Shown: positions 25,000-39,041 of the stretch, piece after piece
Layout of the letters: every line of letters starts with the position of its first letter
Numbering within the stretch: the first letter of the stretch is position 1
Assembly: GCA_951406725.2 (NCBI GenBank)
Contig: OX597818.1
Coordinates: forward strand, 89,404,001 to 89,468,000
Source of the DNA: Octopus vulgaris
Taxonomy: Eukaryota
Length of the DNA stretch: 64,000 bases
Direction: 5' to 3'
Notes under the pieces: model-generated
Database searches by the model: none
Seen by the model: the letters and a program-made list of their open reading frames with translations, nothing else
Told to the model about the DNA's origin: nothing
Made by a program: the position numbers and the translations under genes

Positions 25000-27829
25000 G
25001 TGAGTGAATCGAGTGAACCGTATCACCGCTATTTATATTTAATAACTTTTTTGATACCAACCCAGTTGAAACCAGCTCTGGCTCAGTTGTACAAATGTCT
25101 TATTTTCATAAGTTTTGAATTAAAATCTTCCACCAAACCTTAGTCATAGCTTATGTTCCTTACACCAGCTTAATGATAACCAAGTTATTTTACTAGATTC
25201 TTTGTTATTCTTTTACATGTTTCAGTCATTTGACTGTGGCCATGCTGGAGAACCACCTTTAGTCAAGCAAATTGACACACAAATACAGACACACGCATAC
25301 ATACATATATATATATATATGTATGTATATACACACACACATATATACAATGGGCTTCCGTCTACCAAATCTACTCACAAGGCTTTGATCGGCCCGAGGC
25401 TATAGTAGAAGACACTTGCTCAGGGTGCCACACAGTGGGACTGAACCCGGAACTATGTGGTTGGTAAGCAAGCTACTTACCACATAACCACTCCTATGCT
25501 TTATATATTCAAAATTAATTGAAAGAAACACAGAGAATCTCAAAATAAATATGGTAACAAAAGGGTTAACTCTTTGCAGTTCTTGCTAAGCATTCTCACT
25601 TTCTATCTCTCTATCTCAAATATTGGTTTCAAATTTTGGCACAAGGTCAGCAGGTTCAGATAAGGGGTCAGGTCAATTATTTTGGCACAACTGATATTTA
25701 CTTCAACTGATATTTACTTCAATGACCCCGAAAGGATGAAAGGCAATGTCAACCTTGGCAGAATTTGAACTCAGAATACAAAGATGGGCGAAATGCTGCT
25801 AAGCATTCTACCAACTCGCTGCTTTAAGCATAAAAGGCAAAAATCGACCATGGCAGAATTTTAACTCAGAACATAAAGACAGACCAAATGCCACCAAGCA
25901 TTTTACCTTGCATGCTAACAATTCTATCAGATTGCCACCTTAAGGATGCAAGTCAAAAATTGAACTCAGAATGTGAAGACAGATGAAACGCCACTCAGCC
26001 TTTTGCCCAGTGTGCTATTGATTCTGTCAGTTCGCCACCTTATGGATGAAAAGCAAAAATTGACCTTTCAAAATTTTGCCATAAAAGCATAACACAGAGG
26101 GAGTAGCTTGCAGGCTGGACAAAAACATTGATGAGATGAATGATGAAAAGGGATGATATTGTTGGGAGAAGACAAAAAACACCCGCCGATTTTTTGCTTC
26201 TCTAAAACATTATTCTTTTTTTTTTTACACAGTAAAAACAATACGAGGTATTAAACCTCTTACTTTAGTTCCATAGTTCATTATAAATTGAGGCACTGAG
26301 CCTCTTAAAGACAACAAACCGAGGCATTAAACTTCTTACCTTAATTTTGATACACAATATGAAGCTCTAAGCCTCTTAATTTTTCCCACTCCACCGTCAC
26401 CCGACCAGGCTCAATGCCTCACTCAAGCACCTTGATGGTTCTAGTTTGGAGTGCTTCAGCATGAAGCAGAATGTGTCTTCGAGGAAGGACTCCGTTACCT
26501 TGAACAAATTTGTTTCCTACACGACCTCCGCAGCTACCTGTGGAGGCCAATCAGGGTTCTTGGTACAGGTAAGAATCCCTTCCCTTCAACCTTTTTTATT
26601 AAACTTATTGATCATTTTTTGGATTTCCCCTCCCTTGTGGAACAGGCCTACAAATTCCTCCTTTACATAGGGAGAGTCTTCAAATCCCCACTCCGGTGGC
26701 ACAATTCCCACCGAAGGGGTTTTGGGATATGCCGGCAGTGTACTAGCAACAGCTGGCAATCATAAAGGAGATTAGAACTAGCTACTTTGCTTAGTAATAT
26801 CTCTTATCCAGATAATCATACTAGTTAAGTCAATTGTGAAAACACATCAAGCCTCTATTCAGTCACTTAACCAGTTAGATGTAACAGCCAAATCTCCCTC
26901 AAAAATGTGAACCCTTGAAAAATATGTAAGGATTAGTGACCAGAAAATGATCCGGTTACAAAGCAATGCCTCATTATATTTGTCTAATCTGTACTTTAAT
27001 GACAAAAGAAAAACACAAAATGAATGACCCAACACACTAGTTCAGTGTTATTTAGCTAATATTTAATTTCATGGTCAAGTCATGTATGAATGAGGACAGC
27101 TGTGTAAAGAAGTGCTGATTTTCTAATTGTGGAGGGAGTCTGTGAAAGGTGTCGTCCCAGGAAGACATGAGACAACATGGTGAAATATGATCTTTGGTTG
27201 TTGAGTTTCACAGAGGCGATGGCAAGTGACTGAGACTTCTGGCGATTTGCTGTGCTTGAGAAGATACATCAAGCTAAGTGAATCTTGGTGGTTGCTACCA
27301 CCTATGCTGGTGACACGTAGAGGAAACTAACGCTGGTGATTCGTAGAAGGAACTCATGTTGATGGCACATAAACAGTTCCCATGCCAGTGACACGTACAG
27401 GGCACCCATATCAGTGACACATACAGTGGGGCTGTGCCAGTGACACATACTGAGTGCTGTGCTAGTGACACACAAAATATACCCAGTACACTTTGTAAAA
27501 TGGTTGGCATTAGGAAGGGCATCCAGCCATAAAAACCAAGCCTAAACAGGTGATTGGAGCCTGGTGCAGCTCTCTGGCTTGCAGCTCCAATTAAACCATC
27601 AGACCTACGTCAGCATGGAAAATAGATGTTAAATGATGACGATGAATACACAGCAGTGTTTAGCAAGCATTGAATGTGTTAGACAGTTGTAGTTAGTGTA
27701 TGACTATGATAGTTGTTTAGTTATTACTGGACTGTATAAAATACTTATTGTTGTTATTGATAATCTAAGTATCATTAATACACTGCAATAAAGAATAGAT
27801 TATACTTTCACTTTGTTGTTTACTTGCAG

Positions 27830-27922
27830 ATGTACAAAGTTACGGCTGATGAATTAAACATTGGTAACCTTGTCGATGCTGTTGTCTGTAGAATCGCTGT
27901 TAAAGAAATCATTGCAGTCTGA
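27830..27922 (+). CDS. TPRKB: TPRKB coding exon 4 (last)
   Basis: Acceptor ttgcAG, then MYKVTADELNIGNLVDAVVCRIAVKEIIAV* (CGI-121 C-terminal YK...E....L.DA...R.A.K pattern). Spliced protein is 193 aa. Confidence 0.9.
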   Translation: MYKVTADELNIGNLVDAVVCRIAVKEIIAV

Positions 27923-30830
27923 CAATTTGCTAATGGTAACAGGGAACAACATTGGACTTTTGAATTTGCGTTTGTTATTGTTCATATTACATACAATCAA
28001 AGCCTTCAGTGTTGTTGTTTTTGAGTTCTGATCAAGTACATCTATAAAGACATTCCAGCATAATGCTAACATAATCTAATATGTCCTTGCCTTATTTATG
28101 ACAATAGGGTATGATCTGAAATGTTTAGCTACTATTTCTAGCAGGTCAAGCAACTATGTAAGAACTTACCCCTTTGGCTCGAGAACTTCAAAGATTGATA
28201 CTTCATGCAGATGTAGCTAAACACTTAAAATACAGACATCAGTATTGCTCAACCTCCACCCCCACCCTCAACAGCTGCTGGGTTTAATTAATAAATTTTT
28301 TTAAATAATTATTATTATAATATTGGGTTTCATTTCTTTTGTTTGGTAATTCTTTTACTTGTTTCAGTCATTTGACTTGGCCATGCTGGAGCACCTCCTT
28401 TAGTCGAGCAAATTGACCCCAGGACTTATTCTTTGTAAGCCTAGTACTTATTCTATCGGTCTCTTTTTGCCGAACCACTAAGTTACAGGGACGTAAACAC
28501 ATCAGCATTTGTTGTCAAGCAATGTTGGTGGGGGACAAACAGACACACAAACACATACATATATATATACACACACACATATATACGACGGGCTTCTTTC
28601 AGTTTCCGTCTACGAAATCCATTCACAAGGCTTTGGTCAGCTTGAGGCTATAGTAGAAGATACTTGCCCAAGGTGCCACGCAGTGGGACTGAATCTGGAA
28701 CCATGTGGTTGGTAAGCAAGCTACTTACCACACAGCCAGTTAATTTTTGATATTATTTTAGATTCAAAACAAACTTTTGCTTTTAGCTGTTTTAAAACCA
28801 TTCTCTCTGTTTTGGAGTATTTTAAAACTGGAACCGGTCAATAAATGTCAACATTATCATTGCTTTAACACCATGAATGTGTGTGACTTAGTGGTCTGAG
28901 TTGTCAGCTCATGATTGTAAGGTTATGAACACAATCTTTGGTGGTACTTCGTGTCTTTGAGCAAGACACTCTATTTCACATTCAGTTCACCCAGCTAGCA
29001 AAAGTGAGTTCTACCTGTAATTCAAAGGGCCAAACTTTTCATATTGTGTCACACTGAATCTCTCTCAGAACTATGTTAAGGATATGCATGCATGTGGAGT
29101 GCTCAGCCACTTGCATGTCAATTTCACAAGCAAGCTGTTCTGTTAATTGAATCAACTGGAATTTTTGTTGTAACTGATGGAGTGCATGTTGTTTTAACAC
29201 TCGTTTTTCCATGCTCGCATGGATCGGAATGATCCATACAATTTAGGCAGATTTTCTGTCAAGCCTCACCTGTTTCCAAGCAAGGTGATGCTTACTATGC
29301 CCAAATATTTTCATTGAAGATTACAAGTGGACACCACCTGCATGACCATCACACACAATGTGTCCAACCCATGTCAGCATGGAAAATGTATGTTAAATGA
29401 TGATAATAAGCATTAGTGTGGCTGTGGTGATAAGTTACTTCCCAACCAAATGGTTTCAGGTTCAGTCCCGTGTGTGGCACCTTGGGCAAGCATTTGTTAT
29501 ATAGCTTCACACTGACGAAAACCTCTTGAGTTGATTTTGCTGAAGGAAACTGAAAGAAGCTCATTGTATGTGTATATTATGTTTGTTAGTGTATACCCTT
29601 ATGTTGACATCATGTAATGTTTATAAACAAGCATTGCTGTCACACCAGAGAGGTTTCCAGTCATCCATGGAGAAATATTACCTCACTTGGAAACAGGTGA
29701 GGGTTGATTACAAAAATGACAGCTAACCATAGAAAATCTTCCTCAAAATGCTATCTGAGCCATCAAACATGGAAAAGTGGACATTAAATGACAATGACAA
29801 AAAGAAAGGCTTCTTTCAGTTTCCACCTATCAAATCATATTCAAAGCTTTGGTTGGCTTATTGGTATTTTAGAAGACACTTCTTCAGAAAAACTTGTTCT
29901 GTTACTGGGTTTCATAAGAAATACCTGTAGTCTGATTCCTGTTTTTATTAACTAGTCAAGTATCTTAGTCAGAAACATAAGTTGATTCTACATAGAGAAC
30001 CACCAGCATAGTATCTGTGTCTAGGAAGATTAGTCCTACTTTGAAGTTCAGAGTTTTCCAAAACATTTGTGCCATTCCCCTCAATCAAGACTAGGGAGCA
30101 TCCGATTTAAAAATTTGCCCACAATCCATTTTCATCATTAACAAGGTGTGTGGTGGGGTTATAATCAAATGACCAGTAGTATTGTTATCAAATTAACAAA
30201 TGACCAATAGCACTGTCTTCCGTTTAACTTTGTAAGGTACAACAAGGCATTGAGCAACATGGTTAAGGTTTCGATACTAACTACAAGAACTATAATGCTT
30301 TGCCTCCATGCAATGTGTATCAGTTTGCTTGCTATTTTTCCTTAAGGTCGTGAGAAGTGCAAGCAGCAGATGAAACATAACACTGAGAAATAGTGAAAGG
30401 TTACATCAATATAATGATTTGTAATATTTATTTCACATGGCTCCTGTTCACTCATTGGTGCCAAGATGTGTTGTAGCCTTTACCTTTCCCTTGGATAACA
30501 TCAGTGGTGTAAAGATGGGAGGTTGGTATGCTTTGGCGACTGCTGGTCTCCCATAAAACAACCTTGCTTAGACTTGTGCCTCGGAAGGGAACTTTTTAGG
30601 TGCAATCTCATGGTCAGTATAAAGAGACATAACTCAACTTCAATTTCTGCCGGTTCTGCTTATCACCGCCATATTTTGAATGTCCATTTTTCCATGTTCA
30701 CATGAGTTCACAACTCGAGGCAGTTTTCAAGTAAGGTAATATTGGAAATGAATGACAATAACACTTATTTACAACTAAGATGCAATGTCAAGACAAGGAC
30801 AAACATATATGTACGACAGGCTTCTTTCTT

Positions 30831-31078
30831 TACATTATTTACATTCGACGGATATTTGTCCTCATCTTGTTTGTTGTTAACACAACGTTTCGCCTTCTTC
30901 AGGTGTCTTGGGGAAATTTCGAACCTGGGTTCTCATTCCTAAGGTATTCTTCAATGGACGTAGAAGGGACATAACTCAACTTCAATTCCTGCCAACGGGC
31001 ATATGGTGTAGTGGTTAAGAGCGCTGGGTACTAACCCCAAGATTCTGAGTTCGATTCCAAGCAGTGACCTGAACAGTA

Positions 31079-31112
<34 letters not shown>

Positions 31113-31289
31113 CATCGAAAAATACCTTAGGAATGAGAACCCAGGTTCGAAATTTCCCCAAGACACCTGAAGAAGGCTTGGAAGGTATATCAGCTGAAAC
31201 GTGAACAACAAACAAGATGACAAATATCCGTCGAATGTAAATAATTTAAATAATGTACATAATTCATCGTCTCATAAATATAGAACTGT
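30831..31289 (+). mobile_element. tRNA-headed element with minimal hammerhead and inverted 5' copy; 13-bp TSD
   Basis: TSD AGGCTTCTTTCTT at 30818-30830 / 31290-31302; inverted arms ~30831-30956 / 31113-31257; A box TGGTGTAGTGG 31004-31014; B box GAGTTCGATTCC 31047-31058; (AAT)n; GACAC-CTGAAGA-AGGCT..AGCT-GAAACGT at 31162-31202. Confidence 0.8.
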
Positions 31290-31465
31290 AGGCTTCTTTC
31301 TTGTTACTAAGTCTACTTACAAGACTGGTCAGCCTGGAGTTAAAGTAGAAAACAATAGCCCAAGGTATTACACACAAGGAGACTGAACCTGAAACCATGT
31401 GTGACCAAGAAGAAAGCTTCTTAGCCTCACAGCTACCCTTGCACAATTGATAGAATCAGTATCAT

Positions 31466-31773
31466 TTAACACTAGAAGTACCAACATTTCTTACTTCCTG
31501 CAAGGACCATAGTGGTCGTTTTTGACCGATATTGAAAATCTTTATTTAATATAATTTATTTTAAATGTAAGCTAATGCAGTGAATAAAGGATTCGAAAAA
31601 TTTATTTATGTTCAAAAATATATACACACACATATATATGAAATGGGTTCAAAAATATATACACACACATATGTATGAAATGGTGCTCATGATTGTGCAT
31701 TCAGTAGTCGTAGAAATTAAAAAGTAGAAAGCAAAAGCGGTCATACACGACTGCTTGGTACTTCTAGTGTTAA
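31466..31773. mobile_element. TTAA-flanked MITE
   Basis: TTAACACTAGAAGTACCAA / TTGGTACTTCTAGTGTTAA inverted termini. Confidence 0.8.
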
Positions 31774-31796
31774 GTTATAAAAATAAAGAAAACTTC

Positions 31797-32309
31797 TATC
31801 GTTGTATTTCGGAATGGTCATTTTGCCAGTTTAGCCAATAAAAACATGCGCACTATATTGGTGTTACTTTGCTTCAGTGTTATTTATTTTTTACATTGAA
31901 CTTAATCTTATTTCGAATGTATATAAACAGAAGATACAAATATTACAGGCATTTCCCCCCACACAAACACTAACTAAACATAGACGCACATAGAGATATA
32001 CGCATGCACAAATGAAGACACATACAATAGAAATACAAAATGGCTGACAGTTAGTAAGGAGAGACACAAAGAAGAAAGCAAAGGACCACTGATGCGGTCA
32101 CAGGAGTGTGACAAAAGAACTCTGGCCGTAATAAGATTAAGTTTAATGTAAAAAATAAATAACACTGAAGCAAAGTAACACCAAATATATAGTGCGTGTG
32201 TTTTTATTGGCTAAACTGGCAAAATGACCATTCCGAAATACAACAATATCTGTTTCAACACAAGATTTTACATTAAAAAAATCATGCACAACAAATATAT
32301 AAACGTAAC
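31797..32309 (+). mobile_element. Non-coding element with degenerate hammerhead and inverted 5' copy; 12-bp TSD
   Basis: TSD AAAGAAAACTTC at 31785-31796 / 32310-32321; arms 31797-31912 / 32130-32248; GACCA-CTGATGC-GGTCACA GGAG TGTGAC-AAAA-GAAC-TC-TGGCC at 32084-32127. Confidence 0.72.
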
Positions 32310-33781
32310 AAAGAAAACTTCAAAACTTAACAATATTTAATTATCCAAGAAATAAATACAATAAAATATTTTAAAGGAAAAAAAAAAACATAATTTGAGA
32401 AAACTTCCGCCACCAATGACAAAAACTAAGAAATGTCAACCATCTTCAAGGTTAGCAACACTATAAACCAAACACCAAGAAGTATCATGGTTGACTGAAT
32501 CGATACCCACTAAAGTCGACCTCCACTGTCATATTTCAGAATTCAAACAACACATGCTCATCCAACTTCAAGACAATAGCACAGTAATGCAGGGTGCGGC
32601 AGAGAGGACAGACGTTTTGAAATGGCTATTACTCAGCCCCAGACGGAGGGACATATGTCCGACAGGTACCATTCAGTCCATGGTATCTTAACATTTTCTC
32701 TTTCTTTCCAGGTGAAGCCATGGTGCTGTGGTTGATAGAGCATAACGAATCTGTCACAGCAGTTTAGCGTGAGTTTCAACACCACTTCAACATTTACCAA
32801 GCTGTTCTCATTCGTAACACAATCTTATGTTGAGTGAATGCACTTAGTACATAAGGTACATTAATGAATAGGAGACCGGTGGGGGCCCCATGAATGGTAT
32901 GGACCCCAGAATGCATCAATGAAAACAGACACTACATGATGGATGTTGTTTTCCACACTTGATTTTGACAAATGCTAATTCAATATGGACACACTGATGT
33001 CGATAAAAATTTGTTTGCAGCTAAAATTATTGATTTTGTGAATTTTTCAAAAACGTCCATCTACTCTGCCCCACCCTGTACTTTTGAGTCTGTTGTATAG
33101 GCTTATGGGACCCAGGGTGGTGGGATGCAGTAAACTAAAGACCTGCCCCAGGAACTGTGGAATGTTTTGTTTTTTAAATATGTATGAAGAGGAGATTAGG
33201 TGGGTTCTTAAAATACAAATAATGGTTTATAACCTAGTCTGGAAGAATGGAAGGCAAAATTGAAGCCCCCACCCCACCCCATTATGCTTGAGTTCAAAAA
33301 TCCTACTAAAAGGTGTAATAATACTGTAAGACATCTTAACTTTAGCTCTACTAGTGTTTTTAATTCACCGATGTGATGTTGCTTCCTAATGGAACAACAT
33401 ATTGGCTGAAGCTATCCATTATTACTTTGTTACAAACGTATCGAGACCTGGGAGACTAAGTTTCCACCATCCTTCCAAGAACAGATCATCATCATCATCA
33501 ACATCCGTTTTCCATACTGGCATAGGCTGGATGGCTTGACAGGATCCTGTGAGCCACAGGGCCATGTTAAACACTAATCTCAGTTATAACTTGGTTTCTA
33601 TAACTGAATGCCCTTCCTAACACCAACCACTTTATAGTATGTACTGACTGCTTTTTTTTTTTATTTTGTCACCAGCACTAACTACAAACTAAAGCAGTGC
33701 ATTGGAAAATAATGTAAAGTACTTGTTTCTTCAATATTCTTTAAACCAGAACTTTCGGTGATATCAAGGCAACAAGTAGGA

Positions 33782-34009
33782 TTAACCTTTTAGCTTTTAA
33801 ACTGGCCATATCCGGCCAAAATATTTTACCTGCTTTAGGTTCAAACAGGCCAGATCTTGCCTATCACACCTACCCTACAATGTCATTCTGAAAATAAACA
33901 GTTATAACATCAAAATCTCAAAAATACAAGATAATCTAGGATTAATTTCAAGTAATGTAAGTAAATAAGCATTTCATTCAATAGAATAATCTAAATGCTA
34001 AAGGGTTAA
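33782..34009. mobile_element. TTAA-flanked MITE (same family as 23492-23709 and ~59800-60011)
   Basis: TTAACCTTTTAGC...GCTAAAGGGTTAA termini. Confidence 0.75.
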
Positions 34010-35284
34010 GAGAAAGATAATCATGTAAGACCATTTGTTTACTCTGTTCTGTTCCATTATATTACGTGGTTGAGAAAAAACACTACCTTAGAAATAAGAC
34101 TATCACAGGCTAATCCCACTCTCACCAAGAAGATTCCTTGTACCAGTTATATATCCTATGCCAATCCCTCAGAAATTGAAATGATGTAGAATTTAGTGTT
34201 CTTTCTATAAAATGAGACACCCGTGTGAGTCTTGTGAACCTGCAAACTGCAAGATGATTGTCAAATCATTTTTAGACTTATCTGCTTGCAGTGGATGGAT
34301 AGGTGGGAATCAGAGTTAGATCTGTGTCGAATGAGATGGATGGAATGACACGAAGAGAAGAAATATAACAGTCGTTATCTGTTTCACAAGAGAGAATTAC
34401 AGTGATATGGCTGAAGTGGAATTAGAGGGAAAAGTCAAGATGTTTTAATATGTCTGGTCTATATAGACATAATCATCAGTGACGTAGATAGGCATCAGCA
34501 ATAAATACAAGGGTGACAGGGAATAACTTCGTCCATCATATTTGTAACAACACATTCAACAAGATCAATCAACTCCAGTGGGGCTGATCTATAAACTTCA
34601 TAACGATTCAAATGAAATTTCTTTTTTTTTTTTATTTCTTAACCCATTAAGGCATAGTGTTCCCCCAAACAGATCAGTCAGAAAAATTATACATAACAAA
34701 ACATTTATCGATTATAATTAATTGTTAAATGAAAATTAAACTTATGCATAAATGGGTTAAAAAAGTAAAAGAAACAAAGATGAAAAAACAAAAAAAAAAA
34801 AAAAAAAGATCAGAGGGAGAGAACATTTGTGTTTCTAGCAGTGGCCCTTACTTTATGAATATGTTCCAGGCACTGTTAATCATTAGAGAAGAAGAGTCGA
34901 GATTAAAACATCAGTCAGTATTCTCTTCAAAACACATTTTTTAAATCCATTTGTAGAGCACTTGGTTTTCTGGAGGAAAGGGGGGGGGGGGGTTCTCTCC
35001 AGACTCAGATGAGCACTGGTTTCTTTCTATTAATGCCAGTGTTTTAACTTTGTTGTTTTAGCAACAAACGTTAACAGCTTTCTGTAGCTACTGAAACGCA
35101 AGAGCCACCTCACACTATATAATGGTGGGAACAAATGGAGAGAGGAGATGAGAGAGAGAGAAAAATAGACATTATATCAGATATATTTACAATTCATTAA
35201 GCAGAAAATATTATCGAATATATTTATACTGTATACACACACATATACACATGCATACATATATACACATATACATACACACAC

Positions 35285-35341
<57 letters not shown>

Positions 35342-36694
35342 CATACATGCACACACATACATAAGCTTTTAGCAATATATATATATATATATATATACAT
35401 ACATAAGCTTTTAGCAACTGTATAAGCATCCATAGACACAAAGCATTGATATGGTTTAGGAGCAGAAGCTGTTTCAGATTAACCATAATCCTTTCACAAA
35501 CTACAGAGGATCATCGAGTCATGTAATGTAACTAACTCTGAACTAAGACACCAGTGTATTACTTCAGGTAACAAGTCCCTGTCTGCCTTCTGATAACCAG
35601 GTAGAGCAGGACAATGTAGCATTATAGTTTATTTCTTTAGTAATCAAACTGCCAAGAGAGAGGTTTGTTCTATATCACAGCATGAACTAGCTCCTTCATT
35701 ATGGACATTATTTCTAACTACCAAAACAGTATTTTCTTCACTAATATCCGCTGTACATATGTATGAGTTTATGCGTAAATATACAGATGTGGAGACACAC
35801 ATATTGCTGTATATGCATTTACAACTGTGTGTATGTACGTTTATTAAAAAATTACTGATGACTCAACCATTTTGTTACCATATATCTGCTGAAATGCACT
35901 GCCTCTGTTTCATATTTTGCAAATAATCAAGAATTAAAATGAGTGACATTATTAAGCTGTTGTTTGTAATATAAATTTACATGAAATTTTAAAAGAAAGT
36001 TTTAATTTAGATCGTTTTAAAACAAGGAATTCAGATCATAGAACCAAGAGTGGTTTCTGGTCGGATGGCATCAAAAGGGTTAATAGAAACCCAGTGTTTG
36101 TGCACACAAGTGCAAGTATGTGTGCACTGATTTGTGAATGTGTGCACATATATTGAAGCAGGGGTTCAAAACATAATAAAGCTTTAAAGTAAAATTACAA
36201 CTTGTGGAAGAGGATCTTATAAAGGGAGAGCACAGTAAACTGGGGATGGGACCATATGTCTTGAAGGCAGGATTTCAGAGACCAACAAAAGGGAGAGAAA
36301 CCGTATGTGTGTATATAAAGATATAACTGTGTAGGTTTATAAATCCTTTGTTCTTGCTATATATCACAAAGATGGAGTTAAAAATGGCTTTAATTTACAT
36401 CAATTTTATTGGAATGCTTCAACTGTTACCTGTGGTATCAATATGTTAGTGAGTATGCATGTATATTTATATATGTGTGTATTTCATATATATATATATG
36501 TAAAGAGAGAGAGAGCACAGATTACACAAATATATCTGCTTACATACCTTGTATATGTATAAATAAATATTCCATTCATTACTGTATTTAGTATTTACAC
36601 AAACATTATCAACAGAAACATGTGCATGTGTGTATATGTATATTTCGCCATATATGAATATACTTTACACACAAACTACATATACATATATATA

Positions 36695-36730
<36 letters not shown>

Positions 36731-36856
36731 AAACAGTGTATGTTTTATAAAATATTAAGGTTTACAAAGGAAAAGAAGTTCACAGTACATGAAATGCCAG
36801 TCACCCAGTGGAAAGGTGGCTGGCAGATTGGTCAGCTCTTCTGGTCAATATGTAAC

Positions 36857-36881
36857 TCATCGCAGGTTCAATTCTTGAGAT
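36857..36881 (-). CDS. TMEM30A: CDC50A probable terminal coding exon
   Basis: Strong poly-T/ccttgtAG acceptor; phase 2 gives (R)SQELNLR*. Short, so supported mostly by splice signals. Confidence 0.6.
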
Positions 36882-38189
36882 CTACAAGGGAAAAAAAAAA
36901 AAAAAAAAGGAAATTTTAAAAGAGATATCATATACACTATGTGTCCTGAAATTGCCTTCTACCACATATCTTAAAGGCCCATTTTTACAGCTTATCATTA
37001 TCATCCAACATCCGTTTTCTAAGCTGCCATGGGTTGGATGGTTTGGCAGGGGCTTTTGAGGAAGAAAACCAAACTACGCTTCACTGTCTGTTTTTAAAAA
37101 ATGCTACCAGTTTTTTAAACCTTTCCTACACCTCCCACCCTCACTTCTAAAATGTGAGTAGTCACATAGCCTCTCTACAGCATGAAACCTGTTCTGCGCA
37201 AGCCCTTTTCTCTCATACTCTACCTCTCCCTACTTCTTATTCCTTGAGCATAAACTTAAGTTGCCCCACCCACTTAAGGTTAGCAGTCTTGCAAGCATTA
37301 CTGACATCCTCAACAGTGCTAGAATCATGAAAAATGCACCCTGCATGTGCTGCAAAGTGGTTGGTGCTAAGAAGGGCATTCTCCACGCCACAGAAGACAT
37401 TAGTGCATGATGCAGTCCTTGAGCCCATCAAATCCTGTCAAACTGTTCAACCCATGCCAGGGCGGAACAAGGGACATCAAATGATGATTATGAGATGATA
37501 TTAGATTTTAAACCTCTCAACACCAGATACTGTGCCTCCACTCAGTCAAGGAGTCTTGTCATGCAAGGACTACAAAAAAAAAAAAAAAAAAGCACCCAAA
37601 TACACACTATAAAGTGGTTGTCATCAGAAAAGGGCATCCAGTTTTAGAAATCATGCCAAAGTAGACATTGAAGCTCAATGCAGTCCTCTGAACCATTCAA
37701 TCCATGCCAGCGTAGAACATCAGCATCATTTAACCTCTGTTTTCCATGTTGCCATGGGTTGGACAGTTTGACCAGAGCTGGTAAAGGCTCTATCATCTGC
37801 TCTGGCACAATTTCTGGCATAATTGAAACCACAACCTTATGATCATGAGTCTAATACCCTAACCATTAAGCCACATGCCTCCACAAAAAAAAACAAAAAG
37901 GGGTTACATAACAAACAAACAAAACAAGGGTTAAATAAGAAAAAAAATACCATGGAGACACACACACAAAACACATCAATGCTAGATATGTATGGAAAAC
38001 AAAACGTTTTGGTGTTACTGATTTAATGCTTACTTCCCATAAGGCACTTACGCTTGTCTCTTTCTCTCCCTCTTTCCTTCTGTTTATGCATGCGAGCTTC
38101 TTCTTGTCTTGAGACAGCATTCACCCAGGGTGGGTTGAGCTGGCTTCAGTCATCGTCAATGCTGCATCTCTCACAAACGCCGACCAGAC

Positions 38190-38531
38190 CTGGCGATTTG
38201 AGGCTAACAACCACATGATCTCCAACCACTCCTTATTCCAGTGGCGAACACCATAGATATTGGGACCTAGGTTGGGTTACAGATCAGCCTTGACTGTCAT
38301 CAGCCAGGTTTTTCGTTGTCCACCACATCGCTTTTGCCAACCCTGAAGGGAAGCTGGGTCAATTGCTTCATGGAAGAATTCTCCTGGTTGACGACGGAGG
38401 GCATGACCCAGCCAACGCAGACGTCTCGTTAGGATGACTTTTCGGAGGGAGGTGATTTTGCACTGGTGTCGCACCGAATTGTTGGAGACAAAGTGATGCC
38501 ATCGGACACAAAGGATGCGGCGTGTGAGCAT
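38190..38531 (-). mobile_element. RTE LINE ORF C-terminal fragment
   Basis: RRILCVRW..FVSN..V...RRLRWLGHALRR...GGQRKTW motif. Confidence 0.82.
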
Positions 38532-39041
38532 CTAGTTATGGTGGTATATGTGTATGATGTTTTTCTCTTTCTGCCTCACTCACTTTATCTGTATGTGTAC
38601 ATTTCAGTGCGGGTGTGTGTACACCAAAACGTAGTTGCTTAAAGAGATCCAAAGTCCAATCAGCCGTGCCAGATCGTCAGGCGGCAAGCTGGCAGAATCG
38701 TTAGCACGCCGGGCGAAATGCGTAGCCGTATTTTGTCTGCCGTTACGTTCTGAGTTCAAATTCCGCCGGGGTCGACTTTGCCTTTCATCCTTTCGGGGTC
38801 GATTAAATAAGTACCAGTTATGCACTGGGGTCGATATAATCGACTTAATCCGTTTGTCCTCTCTGTGTTTGGCCCCTTGTGGGTAGTAAAGAAATAAGTG
38901 TCTAAACGGCTGCAGCCAATCATTTCATTCTGAAGACAAACACACACATACACAAAAGCACAAATATGCACACAAAAACACACACACACACAAGCACAAA
39001 CATGCACACAAATACACAAGCCAATGCAAGAGAACACTTAC

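Noticed and set aside
30997-31070. Functional tRNA gene
   Set aside because: Acceptor stem does not pair properly and it is embedded in a TSD-flanked element; treated as a SINE-type head.
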